From: the human T2T-CHM13v2.0 reference genome, Homo sapiens
Strand: one strand, 5' to 3'
Assembly: GCF_009914755.1 (NCBI RefSeq)
Contig: NC_060933.1
Length of the DNA stretch: 64,000 bases
Shown here: in pieces, positions 1 to 13,759 of the stretch
Layout of the letters: each line of letters opens with the position of its first letter
Numbering within the stretch: the stretch's first letter is position 1
Notes under the pieces: model-generated
Databases searched by the model: none
What the model was told of the DNA's origin: nothing
What the model saw: only the letters and a program-made list of their open reading frames with translations
Made by a program: the position numbers and the translations under genes

Positions 1-24
1 CTTTAGATGCAGGTCCAGAGGCAC

Positions 25-118
25 AGTGGCCCCATTTCAAGTGGCCAGTGGCTACCGAATGGGACAGGGCCGATATAGGACGTGCCCATCATCGGGAAAG
101 TTCCACTGGACAGTGCTG
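25..118. mobile_element. MER3-like hAT DNA transposon fragment
   Basis: Resembles the MER3 end (ccatttcaagtgg...gtggctacc...ccatcatc..gaaagttc..ctggacagtgctg). Confidence 0.6.
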
Positions 119-809
119 CTCTATATTTTTGGGAAATATTTTGTACTTAAAAACGTGCCCCAAAGAACCCCAAAGTGAACAACGAAAACAAGCCATTTTG
201 GAGCATGAGAGTGGCACGGGTGCAGCAGGGGCAGAATCGGTGGGGCCAGGATCAGCGGGGGCAGGATCCGCAGGGGGTGCCGGCGGTGCTGGCTTGAACG
301 AGCTGACTCCGAGCCCTTGAAGCTAGGGCTCAGCCTCTCAATCTGGAATGTGGCCCCTACAGAGCTGGGTGGGTCTGGGGACATGGATGAGGCTGTCCCA
401 GGTAGGGCAGTTCAAGGCACTGCTTAGAGCGGGGTTCAAAGCTGGGGCGTGCAGACCCAGGAGGCCGTAGGGTCTGTAAAGCACCCAGAGGCTGGTACAG
501 CTTCAAGCACCAGGGTGCCTGGGGAGGGCAGGCAGGGCCAGGCAGGGGCAGACCCTGAGTGGGGGCTATGTGCCCCCTCCCATCTTCCAGGAGCAGAGCA
601 CGTGCTGGAGCAGGAGTAGTGGGGGCCACCCTCTCCATAGAGCAGGTCTCAGGCCGACCAGCTGGGCAACTGGACAGGCCCAAAAGGCCCCTGGGTCTCG
701 GTTTCCTTGTATCTGAAATAAGCAGGGTCTCTGGTCTCCTACAGGGCCAGGGCACTCTCTTCCTCCTGGCTGAGCCTCTGGTGCATTTGCTGAATTTTGC
801 CAGCACCTC

Positions 810-1010
810 GGAAGGACTTACCACATGCCATGACCCTTTCTGAACACTACAGAGTTTAGCTCATTGAATCGGTATGGCAACCCCATAGGGGGAGTGGTCT
901 TGTGAATCTCACTTTACAGATGAGGAAACCGAGGCAGGGAGGATAGGCAACCTCACCAAGGTCACACGGTCAGTTGGGGTCTGGCTGGGAGTCTGTGCAC
1001 CTTACCACCA
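810..1010 (-). mobile_element. MIR SINE
   Basis: Antisense MIR core tttacagatgaggaaaccgaggc...ccaaggtcacac. Confidence 0.75.
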
Positions 1011-2309
1011 GGCCCCATGATCTGTCGATCTGTCCAGAGAGACTCAGGTCCCTGGGCTACTAGCTAGGGGTCACCTGCACTTTGGCTGGAGGCAACATCT
1101 TAAAGTAAAGGAAGAGCTTAGAGCCCTCAACCTCTGTCGCCCTGCCCGGCCGGCTGCCCCCACAGCCTGACACCCGCCGAGATGCAGCAGCCTCCGCACT
1201 CTGCTCGTGTGGGACTGCACCAGGCAGCTCTCTTTGTGTCCAGGATCCCAGCAGCCCAGGCCGCATGACCTCATCCCCATCCACACCCCGGGCCTCACAC
1301 TAAAAATGACCCTGCTAGCTTATTGTTTATTGGAGGTTTTGTGGAAACCTGAAGAAAATAAAAAAAAACTACGAACTTTTGGAGTTGGGCAGAGTCTGTC
1401 TCCCTCCAAACACAGCATTGTTGCTGCATGTTTGAAGGTTCCTCCTCCCTGTGCCACGTGGACGGCAGCGACCTTCTCCCTGGGACGGACGTTCAGAGGA
1501 GGGAAGCGATGTCCAGCCCTTGGAGGGGCCTGGCTGTCCTTTGTGGGGTTCTGAGTTCTTCCCCCTTTGTGACTCTTGGAGCTGCTCTAAGCTGGGTTCT
1601 CACTCCAAGAAAGCAATCGGGGTTTTTCCATCGGCTTGCTCCTGTCCCCTTGGGTGCCAGAATTGTAAGCTGGAGATGATTAAACAGAAAGTGTGGGAAT
1701 CCATAAAAACAAGGGTGCCAGGTACTGCAGAGGACCCACTCTGCACTCGGCCTTCCTTCCCCAGGTCTCCCAAGGCTGACCATGTGGAAATTAAAACATC
1801 ATCTTCCAGGAAATTAATGAAAACCGAATTTATGAGGCAGCTGTTCTCGGGTGTGAACTTTCTTAAAGGACCAGTGGGCCCAGGGGTGAGGTGCGGAGCA
1901 GCCCCCTCCCCGACCCTGTTGCTGCCATCAACCCGCCGCTCAGCAGAGCCTTCTATTTGGAAATGAACCCGCAAAAGGCCTCTGGGTACCAGGGCCCTGA
2001 GCATGCGCCACGCTAGGGTGGACAGAGAGGCCGTCACTTGGTCCCTGGATTCATTCTCCTAGGACAGGGACATCCACAGGGGCTGGCCTTTCCATGCATG
2101 TGGGGCATGCGGTGCTGATGCACTGTTGGGGTTGCTCTGATGTGCCAAGGCCCCTCCCGGGCCCCACAGCCATTGCTTCATTTGTAATCCAAGTTGCTAA
2201 ATGCAAATCAGCCAGCACGGTTTTGGCACCACTTCCCCGTCAGTGAGCTGAAGCGGGGTGGACTACATTTCTAAGATTCCATATTTATAGTGGCTGCCAT
2301 TGTAACAGA

Positions 2310-2470
2310 CTTAGCAGTGGGCTAAGCATTTCATAAGCACAATTTTATTCTGTCCTTGCAAGAATCTGTGGAATGGGCTCTGTTGCGTTCACCTCCAGTT
2401 TACGGAAGGAAAAACCGAGGATCAGAGAGGGGAGGTGACTTTCCCAAAGCAGCCCAGCCAGCTTGTCCAG
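2310..2470 (-). mobile_element. MIR SINE
   Basis: tttacggaaggaaaaaccgaggatcagagaggggaggtgactttcccaa. Confidence 0.6.
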
Positions 2471-4719
2471 ACTCCTGTCCACTGTGCTCCACTCGGTTCA
2501 GGAGTTTCAGAGGTGCATGCCAACGCCGGGCAGACAGGACTAGAATAAAACCCACGCGTGGATGCTGCTTCCCTGCCCGAATCATGGCATCTCACAAGCC
2601 CAAAAGTAGGCCCTGGAGGGCAGGAGCGGGCAAGCGCATTCCCTGGGCTTATGATCCAGAGGAAGGCGGGATGTTTTGCCAAAAGCGTGCCCTCTGTCCA
2701 CACAGAGAACTCATCTCGACTCCTGGGCTGAACTGAGGAGCAAAAGGTATTTTCTGTATTGTGTTAAAGTCATCTGTATGGGAGGCGTGCAGATGGAAAT
2801 AAAATATTTACCATTTGGAACAAAATTTCAACTGGAGCAAAAAGCACTCTAAGCAAAGGATGTGGGGGGAGAGGGGAAGATTTCAGACACAAACAGCTGC
2901 TGCCCAGCTGTGGCCGAGGGAGAAGGATGGGAACTGTTGTTGGGGACTTGGTCCTGAGGCTGGGGCCAGGGGTGTGCTTTCCTCCTCCGGGAGTGCTGGG
3001 CTTCTTCTGGGACCTCTCCTGGGGGCACCTCAGCTTGGGGGTGCTGCCTGCGTGCCCTCCCCTGCCCTTTGCTCAGCACTGTGTGCCAGGCCAAGGAGGC
3101 CCCGACCTCGGACGCTTTCCCAGCCCTTTCATGGACGTCCCCCTCTTCCACCTCCCTACCCAGCCCATCTGCTCGCGTGTCCTACCTCCTCCCTGTCTCA
3201 CAGGGAACTTCACTGTCACCCCATGGTCCTGCCGTGGCCAGCTGTCCTCTGAGCACCTTACCTGGACACCCCACAGAGATGCCCCAAGAGACCTGGGGGA
3301 GCCCAGAAGGTGCAGCTGGAAGGAACCATGAGACCTGGTCAGTTAGGGAAACTGAGGACTGGGTGGGAAGGGAGCTTTCTAAGGTGACTTGGGGAGTGAA
3401 TGGCCGAGTGCAGGCGTCCCCTGAAAGGCTGACACGCTCCTACGCCACCATCTCTCACCGACTTCGAGGTTGTGTTTCTAGAGGGGTGGTCAATGTCAAT
3501 GCACAAGATGGTCTTGGCTGCGCCGGGAATAACTACAGACAATTATTTCCTTATCAAGGGAGCGGCCTTCCCACCCCCATGCTGCAAACACACACTTGCT
3601 GGCTCCCTGGAGTTGGCTGTGGGTCTCTCCCGAGAGGAGGGTCCCACCTGGCAGTGGGAAGGGTGAAGCAGTTGTTAGGAGACAGAGCCCCAGGGCCCTG
3701 AGGCTTTGGGCCTGGACACTCCTGTGGAGGCCTCCAGAGTGGCCCCTGGAGACACCCCCTTCCCATGTGCTTGAGGGCCCTGTGGATGGTCCAAGGCTGG
3801 CACCAGGGAAGGAACCTGGAACTTCCTGGGTGAGAAAACCCAAAACCATGGATGTGTGAGGCATCTACTCCTGCCTTCTTTGTAGCTGCTGGGGGCTGAG
3901 GCCATGACATCCCCAGGCCCTGACCTCCAGAGTGACCTCCATGCTGCCTGGGGAGGCACCAGAGTCATCGTTTCAGCGACCCCGGGACCTACCTTCTCAA
4001 CTGTGGGACAATCCCCCTATTGATTCTCTGGTTCAACGAGAGGGAAAAATCCTCCTGAACCTCCGCCAAGGGTGTGGGGAGCTGGTCTGGACCAGTTCCA
4101 GAGCCGGAACCCAGAGGAGGGGGAACACTCCCAACTTTTACGGCTGGCTTCAAATCACTTCCTGGAAATGGCCGAGTGCGGTCTGTAGCCCCCCTGGCCT
4201 CGTTGGAGAGCAATGTTCCGTGCAGGGGAGGAGGGTCACACTTGTCACAGGCCGCCTGGCCAACGCGGCCTTAGGCTCAACAGTCCAGAGGGGCTGCGGC
4301 TTTGCAGGGGAGGAAAAGGCCCCTCGTCTGGAATCCACGGAGCCCCTGGGCAATCGTGTATTAATGATCCTTTTCGGGATGCTGGGATCTGCCTGCGGCA
4401 TCCTCCTGGGACAGCGACGGTCTCAGGACACAGCAGAGTCATCAGATCCGCCTGGTGGTTACAGCACTGCAACCCCGCATCGGGTCCACCCTACAATTTG
4501 CTGTTAGAGTGCTTAGCGAAGCAGGATCAACCTCAAACTTTTTGGGAGGGAGATCTAAGTCCTTTCAAGAAACGAACCACTACCCAGAGCACCCTGTGCC
4601 CACCATGATGACAGCAGCACTAGGCAGGGATTGGACACACACTGCACGCCAGGCTCTGTATCACGAGGCTCACACCCCTCCTTCACTGTGCCCCACGACG
4701 ACTGGCGAGAAGGCGGGAC

Positions 4720-4865
4720 TGCTGTGTGACCTTGGGCAGTTATTGAACCTCTCTGTGCCTCTGTTTCCTCGTCTGTGTCATGAGGATGAGGAGGGTACCT
4801 ACTTCACAGGTGGCTGTGAGGATCAAGTTAATGTTCCCAGAGGACCTGGAGCATTGCTCACTGTT
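4720..4865 (+). mobile_element. MIR SINE
   Basis: gctgtgtgaccttgggcagttattgaacctctctgtgcctctgtttcctc. Confidence 0.75.
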
Positions 4866-5178
4866 CGAGCCCTAAGTGTCTGAGCAACATCGCGTGTTTT
4901 AAGCAACGGGGTGGTGGCCATTCTCCTGGGTACATCTTGGCTGACTCCGTAAAAAGATGAAATAAAGATGAAATCCACTGCCGTAGAGATTCTAATGCTG
5001 AGGGTGCAGGGTATACGCAGTTTAGATACCGATTTGTGACCACACTGGCCCGGCAGCCAGCGCCCCCGTGGCATCACACCAGAGCACGAGGGTCACCTCT
5101 TCTCCAGTACACCAATGCCAGGTATTGAAAACTTCTTAACTGTTGCCAGGAGAATGGGTCAAAAATAATTCAAGTTGG

Positions 5179-5518
5179 TGTTTTAGTGTGTTCTCACACT
5201 GCTGATAAAGACATGCCCAAGACTGGGTAATTTATACAGGAAAGAGGTTTAATGGACTCACAATTCCACATGGCTGGGGAGGCCTCACAGTCATGGCAGA
5301 AGGCAAAGGAGGAGCAACGTCATGTCTTACATGGCAGCAGGCAAGAGAGAGAGCCTGTGCAGGGGAACTCCCATTTATAAAACCATCAGATCTTGTGAGA
5401 TTTATTCACCACTACAAGAATAGTATGGGGGAAACTGCCTCCGTGATTCGTTATCTTTACCTTGACACATGGGGATATCGAGGTGAGATTTAGGTGGGGA
5501 CACAGCCAAGCCATATCA
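5179..5518 (-). mobile_element. THE1-family solo LTR (ERVL-MaLR)
   Basis: TG...CA termini; gctgataaagacatgcccaagactgggtaatttat...ggggacacagccaagccatatca; near-perfect 5-bp TSD gttgg/attgg. Confidence 0.9.
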
Positions 5519-6395
5519 ATTGGGTTTGCGTCTCGCAATACACATAGCCTAGTTGTTTTCCCTTCCTTTGAATTGTCTGCTTCCTGTCCACTGTCTGTTT
5601 CTCCCACTGATTTGTACAAGCTCTTGTATGATATGGAATTGAAGCCTTGCTCTATCCTGCAGCAATTTTTCTTTTTGTCCAGGTTGTCATTGTATTTGAA
5701 TAATATGTGAGATGCTTACACATGTGTGTGTATGTATACGCACATTCACACATGCATACATGTAGCATACATGTGTTATACAGATGTGTATACACATATG
5801 TGTGTGTGTGCTATACAGAACCTTCACGTTTCATGTACGCCAATCCATAGACATTTTGACATCACCTTTTTGGTACCATCTAGAATCGTTCATGCTCCAG
5901 GATTGTATTTTAAATCCACACATGGCCTTTTCCTACTTTTTTATGTGTCATTTTTCATGTTTTAAACTCTCTCCTTCTGGAATTTGTTTTGGGGTAAGGA
6001 GGGAGGTAAGAATTCCATTCTTCCTTCAGGTTTGTTTCTCCGAATGTCAAGGCATTTGCCTCCCCACGCTTTATGGGACAGTCTGTCTTCTATCTTCAGT
6101 TTATCAGAATCTAAGATTCCACATGTCTCTCTGGACTAATTTCTGGACTCTGCTCTGTCCCATCGATGGCTCCAGTACCAAGGTGGCCTTGATACCACAA
6201 ACGGCTACTTAGGCAACTTCATTACAGGATCAGAAATTTCTGGTCTGTCCTTGTAAATTAATTATTTTATTTGAAATAAAAATCATCTGTTAAGCACCCC
6301 CCTCCAGCGCTGCAGAGAATACTACTAGAGGTATTTTAATTAGCAGGATTGAATTCAACTTGTAGATAATTTTAGGAGAAAATGGCAGTTTTACC

Positions 6396-6698
6396 TTTTT
6401 TTTTTTTTTTTTTTTGAGATAGAGTCTCACTCGTTTGCCCAGGCTGCAATACAGTGGCACAATCTTGGCTCACTGCAACCTCCACCTCCTGGGTTCAAGA
6501 GATTCTTCCTGCCTCAGCCTCCCGAGTAGCTGGGACTACAGGTGTGCACCACCATGCCCAGCTAATATTTGTATTTTTAGTAGAGACGGGGTTTCTCCAT
6601 ATTGGCCAGGCTTGTTTCGAACTCCTGACCTCAAGTGATCTGCCCGCCTCGGCCTCCCAAAGTGCTGGGATTACAGGCGTGAGCCACTGTGCCTGGCC
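6396..6698 (-). mobile_element. AluS
   Basis: Full dimer with poly-T; TSD cagttttacc(ttt) at 6386 and 6699. Confidence 0.95.
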
Positions 6699-7073
6699 CA
6701 GTTTTACCTTTAATGAGTCTCCTATGCACCAGGAATTTCCTCTTTTTTCCATTTTTGTCTTAGGTTACTTAATAGAGTTTCTAACATTTCTTCACGTAGG
6801 CCTGTGCATTTCTTGTTAAACATCCGTAGTTATTTTGAACGTCTTGGCATTTTACAGCTGAGCTCTCTTCTTCCTTTGCACGTGCTCCAGGCTTTTGTTT
6901 CTTGGTGGGAAAGCAGCTGATTATCGTGGAAGGATTTTGAGCCAATAGCCTCTGTGGGTCGGGCATGGCTGCCCCTCCTCGCTAAGCCTGTGTGGCTTCT
7001 TCATGCCTCACATGTGGATTCTCCACCCTCTCTGTGCAGGACAGGACTTGGGCAGGGGACACAGATGTCGTAG

Positions 7074-7437
<364 letters not shown>

Positions 7438-10239
7438 CATGTTTTCAATCCTAGACTAGCTTTCGTCCTTTCATCCTCATAGTATTAAAAGAAAAGTAAA
7501 ATCCGGAGAAGTGCAAGGGGTAGGGCTGCGCTATCCTGCGGCGCCCACTTTCACCAGCTGCAGGGAGCCGCTGGCTTGCAGTGAGAGCAGCCTTTAGTAA
7601 CTAAGGTTCCTTCCTTCGGCTCACTGGAATCAGCCAGAAAATACCAGCGGCATGAGTCATACATGGGTGCCATTCATCGTCCATGGGGCAGCAAAGGAGG
7701 CCATTGTCCCACCCCAGAGTGGGCTGCCCTGGAGGTGGGGTCCTCCCGTCCCAGAGGCTCCCGGCCCTGCAGCTTTCTCTAGGGTTCGGCTCCTTGGAGG
7801 CATCTGACTTGGCAGAGATGAGTGGCCGGTCTGGCCAAGCCCCCGAGATGGTGTTGGTCCTGCCTGTCTCCCTGTTCCGCCTCTTGTCTGACCTAATCCC
7901 TGGTTCCCCTCCCCTGACAGACACCCACCTACCCTGCTTCCCACGGTTCCCCGCACGGCACAGCCCAAGCTCTCCTAGCAGATGTTCTCAGCTGGACAGG
8001 GCAGGATTGTTGCCTTCAAACAACAACAGGCTAATTTTCTTTTCTCCTTTTAAAAAGCATCCATGTGCTCATAAGCAATGGGAGTGAATGAAGAGCCAGG
8101 CCCAGCAACAGAGGGGAGCCTGCCCACATGGAGCAAAAGGAGCCGGACACCAGATTCACCCACGGCGCGATCCCGGTGACGGAGGCAGTGTGAGCAGGCA
8201 GGCGGCGGCCACTCTGGGGAAGGGAGAAGGAATGAGGGTGAGAGGGGCACAGAGGGCCTCCAGGGAGACGGTCCTATTGTGCCTCTTCTCCTGGGTGTCT
8301 GTCACCTGCATGCAAACTTTGTGATCATTCACTGAGTCACGTTTTCTTACATGTCTCCTTAAAAACAGTTCTTAAAAGCTCCAATGTGTATTTCACTAAG
8401 ATTCACTTTCCTGAGTTGTGAAGTCTGAACTGGGGAACATCTGGATTTCCAGGCCTCAGGACATCACAGACCACATTTCACATATCAACAACACGACGCA
8501 GCATCGGTCAGGGTGGAAATTGAGAATGAAAACCTTTCCCAAAGGCCGGCCCAGAAGCAGGCCATCTCTTATCCTTGAAAAGTCCCCAAAGACTAGTTTT
8601 AGCATCTGAAACTCATCTTTCCCCTCCTAAATCTGAACTTTGTGTTGCAAGGAAACCTCACGTTGCAAGCGTGTGTGTGCCTTCTCCCGAGACCCAGAGC
8701 TCAGCCTGTGTCACACAGGGAGCCCTGTGGCTGGGTGAGGCTGTGCCCTCGCCGGTGAGAGGCAGCACTCCCTCCACCGTCCATCCTGGGTTGAGATTTC
8801 ATTCTGCAGGGTGAGTGGAGTGCCGAGGCGCCGTGCCCTGGTTACAGGTTCCAAACTCACAGCTGCCTTGTCAAATGTCCCTGTCTCAGGCAGGAAGACC
8901 CTATGGTTTGATCTCTGGGACCCTTGTCTGTCTAGGACCCTGCTGGGGCCACCTGTGCCTTCTCCAGGCGCCGGAAGGGCAGGAGAGCCCCGCCATCCTA
9001 TTTCCCAATCCCTGGGAAGAGGTTTGGTTGATGGGGAAAACTGCAGCGTGTGCTCCTTCTGGTGAGTTCTGCATTCTTTCCTAGTGAAGTATTGCGCATG
9101 GAAAACCAGAATATATGGTCAGCATTCTTCCTATAAACGGGCGATTGTACGCTGTACAAGAATGACTGAGCAATGCCTAGGGGGTGGCCACGGTGTCCCC
9201 TCCCCATCCATGTGGTCCCAGCATGGAACTGGGTGGCTCGGTACCCGACGGACACGTGGCTGCAGACGCGCTGTCTCGCTTCCGTATTTCCAGTGGGGAC
9301 CTTGCCGAAGCGTGGCTGTCGTTTACGTGACCGTCCTGTGCCTTGGTGTTTCCTTAGCCACAGGGCCCCTTTGTCACATTAATCACTTGGGGGAAGTCCT
9401 GCATGTGAAGGGGACTGAGATGGGGATGCTGGAAGCAGGGGTGCTGGCGTTGCTGCCCGGGGAAGCCTGCCCACTGCCCTGCGTCCCACCTTGGCTGCTC
9501 CCTGTCCCAGAGCAGCCTCTGAGCCTCCTCAGTGGGCTCCCGGGGGGCTGCAGAAAGCTCAGGAAGGACTGGTTTCTCACTCCTGCTGAGCCGCCTTTGA
9601 GCAGATCCGTCTCCAACCCGTCTGTATCCAGGCAGGCTCGAGTCCACATGTGAGAGCCGTTTCAGCCTGAGGCTTGCCGAGAATGTGTACATGGGATTAC
9701 TTTCTCACTGGCTTTCAGCAGACTCTCAGATGTTTTCCGAAAGAAAGAAAAGTTTGGCTCTGAACCATATTGAAAATCCCAGTCAAGAATTCCACACACA
9801 TGCTGAGAAGCAGTTCAGCCTTTTTCCGCGGCTAGTTGACGTGCAGTTAATTCTTCCAACAGCCCCTGAAAGGGAGTCGATGAACAGTCAATCCCCATGG
9901 GTTTTGGACAACTGATTACAATCACACTCACCATATGTTAGAATGTGCCACGCGGACATGGCCTCCTCTTGCTGGGAATGGCCTGAGCCTCCGTGGAGTG
10001 AAAACTCACAGCCCTGCCCTGAGGGGCGATGCTCCGGGGACACCTGCCCCTGTCTGCTGAGATGGGCAGCAACGGGTGACTCCTCCAATGCCCCAGGGTG
10101 GTAAGCGGGACCTGGCAAAGCACCTGGCAGCCACCACCCTCTTCTTCCAGTTATGACAGACAGAGCCGAGGCCTCCACCACGGGCCTTCTCTCCCATTAC
10201 ACCTGGCTAGGGGCACCATTCATGTTGGTTTGGGGTCTT

Positions 10240-11000
10240 GCAACCAAAGTGTCTTAAGACGGGCTCTCTGGAGTCCTTGGAAATAGAGAATTATGTATGG
10301 GTGGTTTTGGGGAAACGCTTTTGGGACCAACACCTAAAAGGGCGTGAGGGGTGCAGCACAGGGCGGAGGGAGGAGTTGAGTGGTGACGCGGTCGTGAACT
10401 CGGGCGTCAGCCCGTCCTGTGGACGGCTCTGGAGCTGGGATTCCCTTTGGAGTTGTCCTGCGTTGAGGTAAGCGGGCTGAGCCTCCGGACCGACTCCCAT
10501 GCGGTTTGTCCTGAGATGTGGCTGGGCCTGGGAGCGGGCGTGACCTCACACAGTGCAGCTCCCTTGGGTGCAGGGCAGCTGGCAGAGACTCTGCTGTGAT
10601 CCGCCGGCAGCTCCAGGCCCGCCTGGAGTGACAGCCTTGGTCTTGAGGGTGGCATCTTGGGCACACGAGAACATTTGCTGCAGCCTCCTCACTTCCTCGA
10701 ACACTCAGTTACTCTGCGAGAGCTTCGGCTGATCTGTTTTTCTGGGGAAAGGTAACAGAAGGGTTATGGGATAAACCACGGCACCCTCCACCCTCGCCCG
10801 GTTGCAGCCAGCCTCGTCATTTCTCCCCTCAGCCACCCATTCTCAATTCCCTTCACCCCCGCCTGTTGCCTCTGCTGGTCTGGCCTTAAGCTGGGTGACC
10901 CCCACCCTTGCCCCTCAGGTCAGTGCCCCGGTCACCAGGCCCTTCTCCAACCAGCTCTTGCATCTGTCCTGTCACCCTCACACATGCTTAGGGGTGTGCG
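10240..11000 (-). mobile_element. Degenerate ERVL LTR (LTR16-like), possibly with adjacent internal sequence
   Basis: Recalled similarity only (ggctctggagctgggattccc...agttgtcc, ggcatcttgggc). Confidence 0.35.
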
Positions 11001-11444
11001 CAGAGTTGAAACTGTGTTCTTCCCTCCCCTGTTGTGTGGCAGCAGCACCCCACCCCCCCACGAGGAGCAGGCCCAGTGACTCCGGCTAAGAGGCCAATTT
11101 CCCGCTTCAGTGACCATCTCCTTCTTACGCTGCTGGTCTGTTGGCGTGAGGAGCCCACAGTGAGCAAGAGGCAGTCAAGGGAAACTGGAGGGGACTCTTC
11201 CTGTGTCTCTGGGGACAGCAATGCCTTAGGAGAAACTGGACTCCTGGGCTCACTGGGCCCGACGTTATGAAGACAGGAAGATGAGCTCCCTCACCCAATC
11301 ACAGGGGTGTGGTGAGTGGGACCTCCCCTCTCCCTTCCCTTGGCTCTTAGACTGGTGTATTCTACCCTCTGGGTGCACAAGGCCATTAGATGGTCAGGGA
11401 CGGGTGTCTGCCGTTCTGGAGAGGGGCCCCATCCTCGCTGGCAG

Positions 11445-11845
11445 TCTATGTCTGCTACTGCAACAAAACGTCTCAGGCTGGGTCATCTGGGGGCAGCAGA
11501 CATTATTGCTGACAGTACTGGAGGCTGGGAAGTTCAAGATCAAGGAGGCGAAGGAAGGTTCGGTGTCTGGGGAGGGCCTGGTCTCTCACTCCAAGACAGT
11601 GCCTTGAATGCTGCATCCTCCGGAGGGGACACGTACTATGTCCTCACATGGTGGAAGGCAGGAAGGCAAAAAGGGGTCTAGCTAGGTCCCTTGAGCCCTT
11701 TTATAAGGACACTGATCCCATTCATGGGGCTGCAGCCCTTATAACTCAATCGCCTCTGAAGGGCCCCACCCTTTAATACTATCACATTGGGCCTTAGGCT
11801 CCAACATGTAAATGCTGGGGGGACGCACACGTTCAAACCATAGCA
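11445..11845 (-). mobile_element. MST/MLT1A-type MaLR LTR
   Basis: ggaggctgggaagttcaagatcaag...gtcctcacatggtggaaggc...ttcaaaccatagca terminus. Confidence 0.85.
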
Positions 11846-12129
11846 CTCACCCTCCAGCGGCCTGTCTCCAAGTCAGAGTCTTGCAGCCTGGTCAAAAGGC
11901 CCCTCTGTCACCCGTCAGGCCAGCAGCTTCTGGGTGGAGCAGCCCTGTGCTGGGACCAGCGCAGCCGGTGGCGTGCGGGTAACTCTCACCTCCTCCCAGG
12001 CCCGCTCAGGGACATCGCGCGCAGAGCCAGGGTTTGGAGTATCTGCCCCGGGGAAGTCGACTCGGCGCGTGCTACAAAGTGGGTCTGTTTTCTAGGATTT
12101 TGTTTACCCCAGAGAGCTAAGATTGTTAA

Positions 12130-12420
12130 ACATGTACTAGCCCAGCACTGAGTATATCTCACTTTCTGTGCCAAGCAGTGTGCGCATGCTTGTGTGTGTG
12201 CCTGCGTGTGTGTATATGCATGTGTGTGATTAAACACGTGTGTTACTGTGTTTCAACCTCACTGCTATCCCGTCTCATAGGTGTCATCTCCACCGATGAG
12301 GAGGCTCAGGTGAGTCAGGTTAGGCCCCTCCCCAAGGCCACGCACTTAGGATGTGGCAGAGCCGTTTGAGCCCAGGTATGTCCGACTCAGGAATCCTCCT
12401 TCTTAACCGCACTGACTACC
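12130..12420 (-). mobile_element. MIR with internal (TG)n-like tract
   Basis: gatgaggaggctcagg...ccaaggccacgcac...tcttaacc; TG-rich stretch 12178-12242. Confidence 0.55.
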
Positions 12421-13012
12421 GTATGTGGACAGTTGTGTTTCCCTTCTGGCTTCAGTACCTTCTGTGGCTGGCACCCAGACCATCTCTGACTCTGGCTATC
12501 CGTAGAATCCATGCTTCCATAAGTCTGTTCTCTCCGGGCCCCTCGGGAAGCGGGAGATCCGGGAGATCCAGGGTGCCAGAACACCTTCTTGGGCTCTCAC
12601 CGACTTTCTCAGGCAGCTGGAATTCCGGGAACCCTCAGGTGGGCACAGGGCCAGGCCGCCCCTAACATCGTGAGCATCCGTCTGGGAGTCTACCCAGCCG
12701 TGGTTGTCCCTCTGTGCCAGCCTGAGGCTGGGGGTGGGGATGTTGTGGAGGGAGCAGGCCATGGGTCACTGGAGGAGCTGAGGGTGCCTCATACCATTTC
12801 TTTTGGGGACAGTTTGCCTCCAGAGTCCTGGCAGGGGGTTTGTGGGAGAAGGCAGGGCCCCGTTACCCCACATCAGCTGAAATAAAAGAAACATGCGGCA
12901 CACACAGTCAGTAAGACAGAGCCACCGAGGCAGCCATCTGAGGGAAAGTGACATTTTCACTGGGCTCTCTCACCCTTGCTGAAGGGCACAACCTGTTTTG
13001 TTTTCAGCTGCA

Positions 13013-13759
13013 GGCTGGGTGGTGGAGGCTGGGTGGAGAAGGCTGGGTGGTGGAGGCTGGGTGGTGGATGCTGGGTGGAGAAGGCTGGGTGGTGGAGGCT
13101 GGGTGGAGAAGGCTGGGTGGTGGAGGCTGGGTGGCGAAGGCTGGGTGGTGGAGGCTGGGTGGAGAAGGCTGGGTGGTGGAGGCTGGGTGGAGGAGGCTGG
13201 GTGGTGGAGGCTGGGTGGTGGAGGCTGGGTGGAGAAGGCTGGGTGGAGAAGGCTGGGTGGTGGAGGCTGGGTGGTGGCGGCTGGGTGGTGGAGGCTGGGT
13301 GGTGGAGGCTGGGTGGAGAAGGCTGGGTGGAGAAGGCTGGGTGGTGGAGGCTGGGTGGTGGCGGCTGGGTGGTGGAGGCTGGGTGGAGAAGGCTGGGTGG
13401 TGGAGGCTGGGTGGAGAAGGCTGGGTGGTGGAGGCTGGGTGGTGGAGGCTGGGTGGAGAAGGCTGGGTGGTGGAGGCTGGGTGGAGGAGGCTGGGTGGTG
13501 GAGGCTGGGTGGTGGAGGCTGGGTGGAGAAGGCTGGGTGGAGAAGGCTGGGTGGTGGCGGCTGGGTGGTGGCGGCTGGGTGGTGGCGGCTGGGTGGTGGA
13601 GGCTGGGTGGTGGAGGCTGGGTGGAGAAGGCTGGGTGGTGGAGGCTGGGTGGAGAAGGCTGGGTGGTGGAGGCTGGGTGGTGGAGGCTGGGTGGTGGAGG
13701 CTGGGTGGAGAAGGCTGGGTGGAGAAGGCTGGGTGGTGGAGGCTGGGTGGTGGCGGCTG
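13013..13759. repeat. G-rich minisatellite, 14-bp unit GGCTGGGTGG(TGGA/AGAA), ~53 copies
   Basis: Directly visible tandem array with TGGA, AGAA, AGGA and TGGC variants. Confidence 0.97.

Larger units (their letters stand above)
4900..6860 (-). mobile_element. Old L1M fragments, interrupted by a THE1 LTR and an Alu
   Basis: AT-rich degenerate antisense L1 3'/ORF2-like sequence (e.g. tttctggactctgctctgtcccatcgat, ttgtagataattttaggagaaaatggca). Confidence 0.55.
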
